Part shown: positions 1 through 10,073 of the stretch, piece by piece
Numbering within the stretch: position 1 is the first letter of the stretch
How the letters are laid out: the number at the start of each line of letters is the position of its first letter
Source: a virus
IMG/VR virus record: IMGVR_UViG_3300018079_000011
Coordinates: 6,102-70,101 of that record
Strand: one strand, 5' to 3'
Length of the DNA: 64,000 nucleotides
Program-made: the position numbers and the translations under genes
The notes under the pieces: model-generated
Told to the model about the DNA's origin: nothing
The model's database searches: none
Seen by the model: only the letters and a program-made list of their open reading frames with translations

Positions 1-1
1 G

Positions 2-1360
2 ACGACGACGGCGTTCCCTGCAACGCCCTCGGCGTCTGATACATTTTTCGTGGAGCGGCCCGGCGTCCGCATGGACAAGCTGTTCCACACGTCCATGTCG
101 ATGATGGCCGTGACGCCCACGCCAGCGCAGGCGACCGCCGGGATCAACGGATGTCAGTTCGTCGGCCTTGCGTTCACGTCGACCACGTCCGGGCAGGTTC
201 AACTCACGGGGAGCAGTCTCAACATCTCGGGCTGCGAGCTCACCGGGGCAACGAACAACTTCGTGATGACCGCGACGAACATCTATCGCCTCAGCGTCGG
301 CGGGAATGGATACAGCGACGAGGGCGGGTCCTTTCGAACGCACGCGATGGGGTTCCGCACTGCAAGCCCGATCACGATCACCCGCTGCATGTTCGTCAAC
401 ATGACCGACGCTGGGCTCATGAATACGGCTCAGGCGTCGAGTATCTCCCTCTGTTCCACTGGGATCTACGGGGTCAAGTCGTATTTTGCCACTCGGCCGC
501 TCGTGTTCTTTTGTGGCTTCCCCAGCAGCCGCACGGAGAACAACTTCGCGCAGACGGCTGCGTTTCAGGTCGGTGACGCGGTCACCAGTAATCCGGCGCC
601 GCGGATGGAAAAGGGGCTGGACATCACGGGCTCAAACGTGTGCGTGCGGCGGGTGGACTTTGCCAACTGCACCAGCCCATGCATCACCCTACTGGGCGTT
701 GGGATGCAACTTTTCATCGACGGGTGCACGGGCAGTTCGGGGAACACCAACGTGGGCCTCGACGCCACGGGTGCGCGCAACTGCACGCTCACGATGGGGC
801 TGACCAACGCCAACGCGTTCACGGGGACGGCCGGCGACATCCGCGCCGTCGGGCCCGCCGTCACGACGCACGCGGGGCTCCTCACGACGAACCTCAGGGA
901 CAGCGCAGGGAATCACTACCTCGGCACCGGCGGGGAAGTCGTCGGCCCCTGCACGATGCTCACGAACTCCGAGGGCACGGCGCTGGCGATCGGCGCCCTG
1001 ATGCGCGGCTCAAGCGCGAGCGCAGTCCTGCGCGCACAGGCTGACACCGTGGCCAATGCGGGCGGGGCGTCGGGCGCGCCTCTCTGGGTGGCCGTGACCG
1101 CGGCTGGGGCTGGCGTGGCGGGGTACTTCGTCGCGGCCGGAGTGGCGCAAAAGTGGGTGCTACACGACGCGGCCCCGACGGACCGCGCTCTCAGTTACGT
1201 CTCGGTGGGTACGACCGGCACAGCGACGACCACGATCCCGCCGTCCGCGGCCACGAATCAAAAGCTTCGGCTGGGCCACGTGGCCAAGGTGTCGGGAAGT
1301 CTCGGGCTGGTGATCGGCGCTCCGGATCTTTTCCCCGTCGCGGCTGACGGGCTGTTCTGA
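2..1360 (+). CDS. Tail fibre/tailspike-like protein, C-terminal part (5' truncated)
   Basis: Frame is open from base 2. G/T/A/N-rich beta-helix-like sequence, followed by a BppU-like gene. Confidence 0.6.
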   Translation, partial: TTTAFPATPSASDTFFVERPGVRMDKLFHTSMSMMAVTPTPAQATAGINGCQFVGLAFTSTTSGQVQLTGSSLNISGCELTGATNNFVMTATNIYRLSVGGNGYSDEGGSFRTHAMGFRTASPITITRCMFVNMTDAGLMNTAQASSISLCSTGIYGVKSYFATRPLVFFCGFPSSRTENNFAQTAAFQVGDAVTSNPAPRMEKGLDITGSNVCVRRVDFANCTSPCITLLGVGMQLFIDGCTGSSGNTNVGLDATGARNCTLTMGLTNANAFTGTAGDIRAVGPAVTTHAGLLTTNLRDSAGNHYLGTGGEVVGPCTMLTNSEGTALAIGALMRGSSASAVLRAQADTVANAGGASGAPLWVAVTAAGAGVAGYFVAAGVAQKWVLHDAAPTDRALSYVSVGTTGTATTTIPPSAATNQKLRLGHVAKVSGSLGLVIGAPDLFPVAADGLF

Positions 1361-1767
1361 TGGTCACGCTGGCGATTTCCGGCGTGGTCGCCGACGGCTC
1401 AGGGTCCTGGGTGCCTGTGCCCCAGCGGATCCGCTGTGTGCGCGGCGAGGACATGGAGATCGTGCTGACGCTCACCAAGTCTGACGGCAGTGTGTTCAAC
1501 CCGACCGGCTCGACGCTGTCACTCGCGGTTCGCCCCAAGAACACGATCGGTGCCGCCGACGGAACCCCGCTCATTGCGCGCTCGGCAACGATCGTCGACG
1601 CCGCTGCCGGGAAGGTGAAATTTACGATCAGCAGCGCCGACACGCTGGACTGGCGCGAGCGCAAGACATATCGCTACGACGTCAATCTCCGCGACACCGC
1701 GCTGCTGCGCTACCAGGTCGTCCCCGAGTCCGAATGGTGGCTGGCGCCCGTCGTGAGCACGCCGTGA
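1360..1767 (+). CDS. BppU-like Ig-fold baseplate/fibre accessory protein
   Basis: Pattern RGEDMEIVLTL...DAAAGKVKFTISSADT...YRYDV; overlaps the upstream stop. Confidence 0.6.
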   Translation: MVTLAISGVVADGSGSWVPVPQRIRCVRGEDMEIVLTLTKSDGSVFNPTGSTLSLAVRPKNTIGAADGTPLIARSATIVDAAAGKVKFTISSADTLDWRERKTYRYDVNLRDTALLRYQVVPESEWWLAPVVSTP

Positions 1768-1815
1768 CAGCAGAAGTTGGCGAGGAGCGGCCAGGGCTGC
1801 GAACATGATCACACC

Positions 1816-2316
1816 ATGAGCAGCACCGACGACAAGCCGCCGCCGGCCCCAAGGGTGCGACGGTCCACCGACGAGGAACTGCGGGTGCTCGGGCGCTGGC
1901 AAAAGCTCGTTCCAGCCGCGAAGTTGACTGCGCTCGTAATCGGGATCATTGTGCCGTCGATTGCCGGATCGATGTCGGCCATCTCGGCCGCGAAGGCAAC
2001 GGCAGAGGCGCAGAGCCATGCGGTCAAACAGAAGTCTGAAGCGGGATTTCAGGTGACCAAGGCGGCCGTCGAGGAACTCCAGGCACGCGTGCTGGTGCTC
2101 GAGCAGGCGGCCCGCCGAGCTCAAGCCGCCGAGGCGCGCGCCAAGCGGCCGAAGCAAGCTCGCGCACAGCCTCCGTTGCCCCCGGCGCCGACGGTGGCGG
2201 TCACAGAACGGCCCAAGGCGCTACCGCGCGATCTCGACAAGGCAGAGCGTCAGGTCTACCAAGGGGCGCCCACGTCACAGCCGCCGGCCGCGCGCGCTTC
2301 AGACGCTGCCCCATGA
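1816..2316 (+). CDS. Single-TM coiled-coil membrane protein (lysis-associated, possibly spanin-like)
   Basis: One hydrophobic segment (LTALVIGIIVPSIAG), then a coiled coil and Pro-rich tail. Confidence 0.4.
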   Translation: MSSTDDKPPPAPRVRRSTDEELRVLGRWQKLVPAAKLTALVIGIIVPSIAGSMSAISAAKATAEAQSHAVKQKSEAGFQVTKAAVEELQARVLVLEQAARRAQAAEARAKRPKQARAQPPLPPAPTVAVTERPKALPRDLDKAERQVYQGAPTSQPPAARASDAAP

Positions 2317-2370
2317 GCCGAACGGAGATCTCAGGGAGAATCGAATGCCACGCACGACGGAGTTGCAGCG

Positions 2371-2736
2371 GTGTCTGACGCCGACGAGTTCCCTACGCCG
2401 CGATCTTCGGATCGTACCGATCGATTCTCGGCCCTCGCCCACGCGCTCGCCGACACCTCGGTCGAGGCTGCGGCGCTTAGGCAGAGCCTGTGGAATGCTG
2501 CGCGCGGAGTTGACCGCGTTGAGGGATTTGCTCGCCAAGCACTGCTTATAGAGGCGGCGAATCGGCTGAACAAGGTCGCCAAGATCCTCGTGGACGTGGC
2601 TGCTCAACTGCGAGCCGAGGCTGGGATCACTCAGGAGATCCGTGCGCAGGAACGCAAGCGCATCCGCGTGCGCGTGGTCGTCATGGGGATGGCGATCGGA
2701 GTGGCGGCATTCTTGGTCGGCTACGGGATGCACTGA
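2371..2736 (+). CDS. Small membrane protein with C-terminal TM (holin-like)
   Basis: C-terminal hydrophobic helix VVVMGMAIGVAAFLVGYG; next to the endolysin. Confidence 0.4.
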   Translation: MSDADEFPTPRSSDRTDRFSALAHALADTSVEAAALRQSLWNAARGVDRVEGFARQALLIEAANRLNKVAKILVDVAAQLRAEAGITQEIRAQERKRIRVRVVVMGMAIGVAAFLVGYGMH

Positions 2737-2776
2737 TAACTGGGCGCGTGAGGGGACGGGTGTCACGCTCGCGGCA

Positions 2777-2840
2777 GAGACCCCTCTCGCGCACTCAACC
2801 CCTGAACCCCTCGCGGCGCGAATCGCGTGGGAGGGGTCTC
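2777..2840. terminator. Inverted repeat between convergent genes
   Basis: GAGACCCCTC (2777-2786) / GAGGGGTCTC (2831-2840); no U-tract. Confidence 0.35.
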
Positions 2841-2841
2841 G

Positions 2842-3684
2842 CTACACCGGCGGAAGCAGTTCGTCGCCGATCCTTGTCACCCATAAACCCAGCGGGCGTT
2901 GACCCTTGAGCCAGCGGATCTTCTCGGCTCTGGCAAGCGCGCGTCTCGTGATCGGGCCAGCAATGCCATCTGCGGGGTCAACACCAAGGTCACGCTGGCG
3001 CCGACGGAACAATTCACGATCTTCGCCGAGGTCAAAGTTCACGAGTTCGTATCCAGCCGCCCCAAGCCGGTAGAAGATGGCCGAGCCGGGATCCCCCGGC
3101 CCGCGGCGTCCTGTCAGGTCACGGTGCCCGACGATTCCCACCACGTCGTCGACCGAGGCCATCAGGCGCGGGCTGGGGCCCACGTAGCGCTCGGGTATCT
3201 GCCGCTGAATGCCGAGCAGGCCCGTGAGCGCGTCGCAGAGTTTCACCGCTGCGTCCAGTTGGCCGGAGTAGATCTCGGCCTCGTCCCGGCCTTGACAGAT
3301 CTCGATCCCGACTGAGGGCCCGTTTGCGTGGCCCGCGTGATAGGTCGCCTCGGTGGCGATGTCCGCGAGGCACGAGACGCGCCCGTCGAAGTCCACGACC
3401 AGGTGCGCGCCGGCGCCGCGGCTCTCGCCGGTCCAATACCGCACCAGTCGTTCGGCCCGGTTGCCGCCGGGGCCAAGGCCGGGCTTGATGGTCTGCGGGC
3501 GAGTGTCGGCACCGCCGGGAATGCCGAGACTTGAATGCAGGACTACCAGTCGTACCCAGCGCTCTGACGTCGTCCGCTTGCGCTTGTCGCTGGCCCCGAG
3601 CCGAAGCGCGGGATCATCGAGGAAGTTGTCGATCTCGAGGCCGCCGATCGTGACTTGCTTGCCGTTGATGACGAGTCCGGGCAC
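2842..3684 (-). CDS. Endolysin, N-acetylmuramoyl-L-alanine amidase (Amidase_2) with PG-binding C-terminus
   Basis: VVLHSS, AHLVVDFDG, YHAGHAN..SVGIE, VGHRD...DPG; C-terminal DGIAGPIT. Confidence 0.85.
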   Translation of the reverse strand: MPGLVINGKQVTIGGLEIDNFLDDPALRLGASDKRKRTTSERWVRLVVLHSSLGIPGGADTRPQTIKPGLGPGGNRAERLVRYWTGESRGAGAHLVVDFDGRVSCLADIATEATYHAGHANGPSVGIEICQGRDEAEIYSGQLDAAVKLCDALTGLLGIQRQIPERYVGPSPRLMASVDDVVGIVGHRDLTGRRGPGDPGSAIFYRLGAAGYELVNFDLGEDRELFRRRQRDLGVDPADGIAGPITRRALARAEKIRWLKGQRPLGLWVTRIGDELLPPV

Positions 3685-3690
3685 GCCAGC

Positions 3691-3728
3691 ATGGTGCGCG
3701 CGCGCCGTCGTCGCTCCCTACTTTCACA
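3691..3728 (-). promoter_or_regulatory. Putative late promoter (endolysin)
   Basis: TGTGAAAGT-N23-CACCAT-6nt-GTG on the minus strand. Confidence 0.6.
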
Positions 3729-3882
3729 GCAGGCGCAGAACACGGCCGGCGAAAGCGACGCACAGCCCAGTCACCCCCCCGGTGAACATGGCCAGGCCGA
3801 TCGCTCCAGCCTTCCCGCTCCCGGCGAGATACATCACGAGGCCGATCAGAAGCACCAGCACGGGCAGCAGCGCGACCAGCAT
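3724..3882 (-). CDS. 52-aa two-TM membrane protein (holin or exclusion protein); not in ORF track
   Basis: MLVALLPVLVLLIGLVMYLAGSGKAGAIGLAMFTGGVTGLCVAFAGRVLRLL, preceded by TTGACT-N17-CATCTC. Confidence 0.6.
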   Translation of the reverse strand: MLVALLPVLVLLIGLVMYLAGSGKAGAIGLAMFTGGVTGLCVAFAGRVLRLL

Positions 3883-4391
3883 GGCGAAGAGATGGGGCCG
3901 GGCGCGGCATGAGTCAACGGGTCACATGTCATGATCTGGTCCGCCAACTGCCTCAGCAGATCGGCCGTGGTCTGATTTTCCATGCCCCTACTATCGGCAA
4001 CCCGGCGGCGTGAGTTTCGTGGAATCGGCCATCATGAGAAATGTGCGCCCGCGACGCTTCCATCTCTGCTTCACGGTCGGCTGAGAAGCCAACTCCGCAG
4101 TCAGGGCAGAAGCGCTTATGGCAGTGCGCGAGCAGAGGACCGCGTTCACGCTCGGCCGCATCGCAGTCCGCGTGCATGTTGCAGGATCGCGCGGCGCTCA
4201 CGACCGCCCACAGTCGACCGCGATCGCCGGCACCCATCGCACGCCATCGCGGCCGACCATCTCCTGCCATTCCCAGCCGTCCGGCAAGCGCGCATCGGGC
4301 GGGCCGCACCGTTCGATCTCGGGCGCTGTCCGCAGGAATGCGGGTAGCCAGTTCACGCCGTCGCGCGACAGTTCGACCTTGGTGATCGTGG

Positions 4392-4604
4392 TCATTTGTG
4401 CTGCCCTCCCTTTCCTCGCTTCTCCAGCGCCGATTCTACCGCCCGAAGTATGGCTTTTCGGGCCCATGTCGAAGGCTTGTCCATGTCGATTTCGGCGGCG
4501 CGTCGCACTCCCTCTAGTTGTTGGTCCGTGAGCCAGATCGTCAAGTGCGCGTCTTTCCGCTCACTTGCGGGCTTCTCCCTGGGTCCCCTGGTCTTCCCGG
4601 CCAT
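4392..4604 (-). CDS. Ribbon-helix-helix-type regulator
   Basis: HLTIWLTDQQLEGVRRAA...STWARKAIL; divergent from the early operon. Confidence 0.6.
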   Translation of the reverse strand: MAGKTRGPREKPASERKDAHLTIWLTDQQLEGVRRAAEIDMDKPSTWARKAILRAVESALEKRGKGGQHK

Positions 4605-4690
4605 GTGAAGAGACACCCTACAGCAATATTCGACACGAGTCATGTCGAATTCTCTTGATGACAATGTTCGTGTCGAATATTGTCTAGCTC
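4605..4690. promoter_or_regulatory. Divergent promoters with operator inverted repeat
   Basis: CAATATTCGACACGA (4624-4638) / TCGTGTCGAATATTG (4668-4682). Plus promoter TTGATG-N17-TATTGT; minus promoter ATGACT-N17-TAGGGT. Confidence 0.75.
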
Positions 4691-5023
4691 ATGAACACGA
4701 CGCAACTCGGCCCCCGCCCCCGGCCCGAGCCGAATCGCCAACACGGCGTCATTCATGAGGTCTCGCCAGCACGAAGCGGGCAGACCGAGGTGGTCCTGGT
4801 AACCAGCAGCGAGGTCGAGACGGCGGCGGGCTTGACCATGCACACCCACCTCCTCCTCCGCGACGGCCAGATCGCCCGCATCGGCTCCGTCGTCCGCGTC
4901 CTCTCCCGGTACGGCCGCGTGGTCAAGATCGGGGCCATCGAGCGGATCAGCGTGCTCGGCCTGGCCAAGATCCACAACTGGACTGGGTGGGTCGGGTCGG
5001 ACGAGTGCGAGCTGGTGCGGTGA
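4691..5023 (+). CDS. Hypothetical early protein
   Basis: First ORF after the promoter; start of a chain of coupled small ORFs. Confidence 0.55.
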   Translation: MNTTQLGPRPRPEPNRQHGVIHEVSPARSGQTEVVLVTSSEVETAAGLTMHTHLLLRDGQIARIGSVVRVLSRYGRVVKIGAIERISVLGLAKIHNWTGWVGSDECELVR

Positions 5024-5427
5024 TGGCGTGCCCAAACAACCGCCACCCCGACTGCTGCTGCCCCGACTGCGTGGCGAGACGCGCTGGCTGGGTGCACGGA
5101 CCTGAGGCTGAGACCACGTGCGGGATGCGCGGGTGTCGGACGACCGTTGCTTCGGGTGTGGCATGCCCATGCGGCAAGACGTATTACCGCTGCGACGAGC
5201 ACGGCGGGACAGCCGGTGCGCAGCGGTCGCTCAAGTCTCATCGCGGGCTGTATCACCCGTCCAAGGCGCGGTGATGGACCCCTTCGAGGAGCCCGATCGC
5301 TGCGACGAGCCCGACGACCTGGAAGAGTTGGGCCGCAACGAGGTGGCCGAAGACGCCGAGGAACGGGATCGGGAGGACGAGGACGAGGACGGCGTCGACT
5401 TTTACTGAGAAACCGCAAAACAAAGAC

Positions 5428-5475
5428 GCCCCGCTTGCCGATCATAGCTTGGTAGGCGCGACCGGAAAGCGGGGC
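5428..5475 (+). promoter_or_regulatory. Intergenic hairpin (attenuator or processing site)
   Basis: GCCCCGCTT / AAGCGGGGC arms after an A-rich run. Confidence 0.35.
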
Positions 5476-5495
5476 CGCAACAGAGCCGTGAGGCC

Positions 5496-6089
5496 ATGCC
5501 ACGCATGGTTCCTACCACGGCAGAGATGGAGAGGACCATGCGTTACGTGTCACACGCGGCCGACGGTTACGCGGGCGGGTATTTTGCTGACGACTACGAT
5601 TTCGAGCCGGGAGATCCCCCGGCGATCCTCGCCGCCCACAGCGGTCAGTGGGCGTGCTTCGCCGGGCTGGTCGCTGATGGCGAGTACTACCGCAAGACCG
5701 AACTTCGACTGACCACGCGCGACGCGGCCGAACTGCGGCCCCACCTCGAAGCGCGCGGCTTGGTGCTGCTTGAGGACGCGTTCTGGTGGAAGGTCGTCGT
5801 CCCCTGCGGCGAGTGCATGGACTGCGCGCCCGGGGAGAATCCCGCAGCGGTTCCCGTGGCCGTCGTCGACATCGCACCTGGCGCAATGCCAGAGCGCGAG
5901 ATGGACGACGCCGAGATCACCGCGCGGATGTGCCGGCTCTGCGGCGGCGTGCAAGCGGACGCGTGCTGCGAGGGCAGGCGACGGCTGGTAGAGCGGGCCT
6001 CGACGCCGGCTCCAATCAGGCGGTGCGACCTCTGCGGCGGACAGGGCGTGGCCTGTCGCGTTTGCCTTGGCACTGGAGTCGCGCTGTGA
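5496..6089 (+). CDS. Hypothetical Cys-rich protein
   Basis: Several CxxC pairs; GC-rich third codon positions. Confidence 0.5.
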   Translation: MPRMVPTTAEMERTMRYVSHAADGYAGGYFADDYDFEPGDPPAILAAHSGQWACFAGLVADGEYYRKTELRLTTRDAAELRPHLEARGLVLLEDAFWWKVVVPCGECMDCAPGENPAAVPVAVVDIAPGAMPEREMDDAEITARMCRLCGGVQADACCEGRRRLVERASTPAPIRRCDLCGGQGVACRVCLGTGVAL

Positions 6090-7169
6090 GTCCGGGCATC
6101 AGCACCGTGGTTCGTGTCCCGCGACTTCGCCCGCCGCGAGCCGCCGTCTTCGCCGCCCTGGCGTGGACCCGCGGAGAGTCCATCGCGATGCGGTTCGGCC
6201 ACGAGACCGGCGTCGCGCCCGGGGCATTCGTTGCTGAGTGGGTCGTCGACCACAAGGCGCGCGATCTCGGGGTGAACCTGATCGGGATGCTGCTGCTCTT
6301 CATGCAGCCCGCGCGCATCGACGGCGAGGACCCCGGCGCGACCGTGGCTCGCGAGATCGGGGTGACGCTCCTATGGATCGAGGCGCTCTGCGACGGCTGG
6401 AACTTCGAGACGCACGACGAGATGTGGCTGAAGGCGAACCGGGATGCGTACTTGAACGCGTACGAGGTCGGCTTCGAGGCCCGGGTGTTTGCCACGCTCG
6501 TCTGCGACTGCGGCGCGCGACGATTCAAGGGGACGATGACATGCCTGGGATGCGGGGGCGCGAGATGACCGACGACGCCCACTGCCTCTGCGGCTCCCCC
6601 GCCGACGACGAGGAGACGCGCACGTGCCGGCCGTGTCGCGAGGACCGGCATGCGGGGGTGCTTGAGGATGAGCGCGAGGAACGAAGGGAAGAGAGATGAG
6701 CCGCTCGGCCAAGTCCCTCGTCGCCCCGCATCCGCGAGACCAGGCTGATCTACGTTGTTGACCACGCCGGAAACGTCAACACGACGACCATCGCCGCGTA
6801 TCGAATGCTCAAGCCGGCCCAAGTCTACCGCACGCGCTTGTTCTTGAGCGCCATGAGGGCCGAGTCTTACGCCGAGACGATCCGCGGCAAGCGCAATTAG
6901 TTCGAAACGCAACCACTCACAAGTCCGATACCAACACAGGAGGGGTACCCATGGTGACACTGATGATTTTCGAAGGTGGATACAGCGGCAACGCGACTAC
7001 GATCGCGTTCGTTGAAGAGAAACAGGCTCGCGACTGGGCGGCCATGTACCTGCTCGCGTTTCCGCATCACAAGGCGTTCGTCGTCCACGGGAAGGTCGAG
7101 CGATTGGAAGCGCCGAAAAAAGAGGCGGCGTAACGAATTCGCGAAACGTCGTGGGCGGGATTGCCGAAC

Positions 7170-8147
7170 ATGGGGGTAGAGATGGAAGACGTCGTTTTGA
7201 CCCACTACAACAGTCGCGAGGACTGGCTGGCGTCCCGTGATAACGGGGTTGGCGCCAGCGAGGCCGCCGCGCTGTTCGGCCTCTCCCCATGGGATTCGCC
7301 GCTGAGTCTGTGGTCACGCAAGCGCGGTCTCGTCCGTGACGAAGACGAGGCCGCGAACGAGTGGCTGGAGATCGGCTTGTTGACTGAGCCGATCTCAGCC
7401 GAGTTGTATCGCCGCCGCACCGGTCGGCAACTATGGGCGCCGTCATCGTCGTGGGCCATCGCCAAACACCCCACGGCGCCGCTGTTCGCCTCGATCGATC
7501 GCTGGGTCATCGACGCCGAGGGGAAGCCAGGGCGCGGCGTGCTCGAACTGAAAAACGTCGGATTCGGACGCACTGACGAGTGGGACGATGGCCCGCCGCT
7601 GAGGGTCCAGATCCAGATTCAAAGCCAACTCGCGGTCACCGGGTTCCAGTGGGGCAGCGCCGCCGCGATCCTCGGCGGGAACCGGTTCGTATGGGTCGAC
7701 GTCGAGCGTAACGATGACTTCGTGGCCGAGCTCGAAGCGCTGGCCGCTGACTTCTGGGCCAAGGTGCAGTCTGGGGCGATGCCGGCCGCTGACGGGTCGG
7801 ACGCCACGGCGCGCGCGCTCAAGCGCCTGTTCCCTCGTGATGACGGGACGGCAGTTCACCTCGCCGGCGCTGACGTGAGTGCATGGAACGCGCTCGCCCT
7901 CGCCCGCAAAACGAAGGCCGCCGCCGAGAAGGAAGAAAAGCGCCTCAAGAACCTTCTTGCCAAATCCATCGGCGCGGCCACGTTCGGCCTGCTGCCCGAC
8001 GGCCGGCTGCTGTCGTACCGGCACCGGGAGCGCGGTGGATACACGGTCGAGCCGACGACGTATCGAGTCCTGCAGGAAGAAGAGAAACCGACGTCGCCGG
8101 ATGCGTTCGTCGATGAAGTCAACAAGCACGTGAAGGAGAACTCATGA
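7170..8147 (+). CDS. YqaJ-like viral recombination exonuclease
   Basis: WLASR..GVGASEAAA..GLSPWDSP, ASIDR, LELKN, QIQSQLAVTG. Confidence 0.9.
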   Translation: MGVEMEDVVLTHYNSREDWLASRDNGVGASEAAALFGLSPWDSPLSLWSRKRGLVRDEDEAANEWLEIGLLTEPISAELYRRRTGRQLWAPSSSWAIAKHPTAPLFASIDRWVIDAEGKPGRGVLELKNVGFGRTDEWDDGPPLRVQIQIQSQLAVTGFQWGSAAAILGGNRFVWVDVERNDDFVAELEALAADFWAKVQSGAMPAADGSDATARALKRLFPRDDGTAVHLAGADVSAWNALALARKTKAAAEKEEKRLKNLLAKSIGAATFGLLPDGRLLSYRHRERGGYTVEPTTYRVLQEEEKPTSPDAFVDEVNKHVKENS

Positions 8148-9235
8148 ACGAGACGAACGGCAATGGAAACGGCGGTCAACTGGTCACGGTCCCGAAGGCA
8201 GGGGAGATCGCGCGGCAGAGTTTCGGCAGCGGCGAGATGGAGCGCCGAGCGGAGACGGCGTCGACGGCGATGGCCGCGCAGGCGCGGGCCGCCATAGAGG
8301 CCCGCTACGTGATCGCCATGCAGCGCCCGCGCGACATCATGCTCGCTCGAGCCAAGCTCCTCGGCGACTGTCGGCGCCCTTTCTTCGCGGAGAAGGCTAT
8401 CTACAACAAACCGATCGGGGACGGCGTCGAGGGCCCGTCGATCCGATTGGCCGAGGCCGCCGCCCGCGCGATGGGCAACGTCTTCACCGACGTGTTTGCA
8501 ATCTACGACGACAGCCAGAAGCGAATTATTCGCGTCGTGGCCAGTGACCTGGAGGCGAACATCACGTTCGCCAAGGATGTCACGATCCACAAGACGGTCG
8601 AGCGCAGCCGGCTCCGCGACGGCCAGAATGCGATCGGCCAGCGGGTGAACTCCCGCGGAAAGCCTGTCTTTATCGTCGAGGCGACCGACGACGAGATCCT
8701 GGATCGTGAGAACGCCCTCGCGTCCAAGGCGATGCGGACGTGCCTTCTGCGTCTGGTTCCCGGCGACATTCTCGAAGAAGCCATGGAGCAGGCGCGCGCG
8801 ACCATGCGCAACGCCACTGCCAAGGATCCGTCGGCTGCGAAGAAGGGAATGTGCGACGCCTTCGGGCAACTGGGGATAACGGTGGCGCAGCTCTCGGAGT
8901 ATCTCGGGCATACGGTCGACACGATCACGCCGGATGAGATCGTCTCGATGCGCACGCTGTTCGCGTCCATCAAGGATGGCGAGACGCGGTGGGCGGATGC
9001 CATGGAGAACCGCCGGGCGCGAACGGAGGCGCAGCCGGAAGAAAAGCCGGCCGACAAGCCGCCTGAGACCAAGTCCGCCGAGCCCAAGGGCCAGGCCAGT
9101 TTGACCGACGTGGCCGCGAAATCTCGCGAGAAGCGCGAGGGAAAGAAAGCGCAGGAGGCGCCGTCGGTCGCCGGTGAGCCGATGCCGGGGTGGGCGGATG
9201 GGAATCCGGAGCGGGCTCCCGGCGAGGAAGGCTGA
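8144..9235 (+). CDS. Putative single-strand annealing/recombination protein
   Basis: Coupled to YqaJ; phage motif RPRD...EGPSIRLAE..AR.MGN. Confidence 0.6.
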   Translation: MNETNGNGNGGQLVTVPKAGEIARQSFGSGEMERRAETASTAMAAQARAAIEARYVIAMQRPRDIMLARAKLLGDCRRPFFAEKAIYNKPIGDGVEGPSIRLAEAAARAMGNVFTDVFAIYDDSQKRIIRVVASDLEANITFAKDVTIHKTVERSRLRDGQNAIGQRVNSRGKPVFIVEATDDEILDRENALASKAMRTCLLRLVPGDILEEAMEQARATMRNATAKDPSAAKKGMCDAFGQLGITVAQLSEYLGHTVDTITPDEIVSMRTLFASIKDGETRWADAMENRRARTEAQPEEKPADKPPETKSAEPKGQASLTDVAAKSREKREGKKAQEAPSVAGEPMPGWADGNPERAPGEEG

Positions 9236-10044
9236 TGGCCCGTTTTTTGGTGCTCGATATAGAAGCCATCCGCGATCCCGACGTCTGGTCCCCTCCCTCT
9301 ACCGATCCGCCGTCAATCATCAACGCTGGCATCGTCGGCGGCGCATCGGGAATCACCGGCACCGTCCAGTCGCCGCCGCGTGACGTCTTCGCTCCCCCGT
9401 TCGCATGGCGGCCGATCGTAATCGGGTTCGTGTTGCTCGACGGGACGCGCGTCCTGAGGCTCGGGACGATCGAAGGCAGCGGCGATCCCAATGATCGCGA
9501 GCGGGCGATCCTGGAGAAATTCGCCTCCGGGCGCGCGAAGGACTCGCCGACCATTGTCACCTGGAATGGTAGGCGCTTCGATCTGCCGGTCCTGACCCTC
9601 AGGAGCCTGCGCTATGGCATCGGCCATTCTTGGTACTACCAGAGCCGCGACACCCGCTACCGCTTCAGCGAGGCCGGCCATTGCGACTTGGCGGACTGCA
9701 TGAGCGACTACGGCTCGACGGCCAGCCTCGGGTTGGACGGGGTGGCGCGCCTGATCGGCCTGCCCGGCAAGTACGGCGCCTTCGACGGTGCCGGCGTGGC
9801 TGAAGCCTTCGCGGACGGGAAGCACGCCGAGATCGCCGCTTATTGCCTATCCGACAGCGTTCAAACGGCGTTCGCGTTCCTCAGGTGGAACTTGCTCAAG
9901 GGCGAACTCAGCGTTGACGCCTACCGCACCGCCGCTCGCTCACTTCTCGACGCCTGCGCGGCCGATCCCCGTCTCGCCGACTTCGTCACTCGCATCGACC
10001 GGCGCGTGCTGCTGCTCGAGCCTGGCGCGGAAGCCGCGGCGTAG
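9235..10044 (+). CDS. PolB-like 3'-5' exonuclease
   Basis: LDIEA, TWNGRRFDLP, HCDLAD, YCLSD motifs. Confidence 0.85.
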   Translation: MARFLVLDIEAIRDPDVWSPPSTDPPSIINAGIVGGASGITGTVQSPPRDVFAPPFAWRPIVIGFVLLDGTRVLRLGTIEGSGDPNDRERAILEKFASGRAKDSPTIVTWNGRRFDLPVLTLRSLRYGIGHSWYYQSRDTRYRFSEAGHCDLADCMSDYGSTASLGLDGVARLIGLPGKYGAFDGAGVAEAFADGKHAEIAAYCLSDSVQTAFAFLRWNLLKGELSVDAYRTAARSLLDACAADPRLADFVTRIDRRVLLLEPGAEAAA

Positions 10045-10073
10045 GTCGCATCAATTCAACAAAAAGGAATCCA

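Noticed and set aside
7139-7172. CGCGAAACG upstream of yqaJ as a late box
   Set aside because: No -10-like hexamer at 23-nt spacing.
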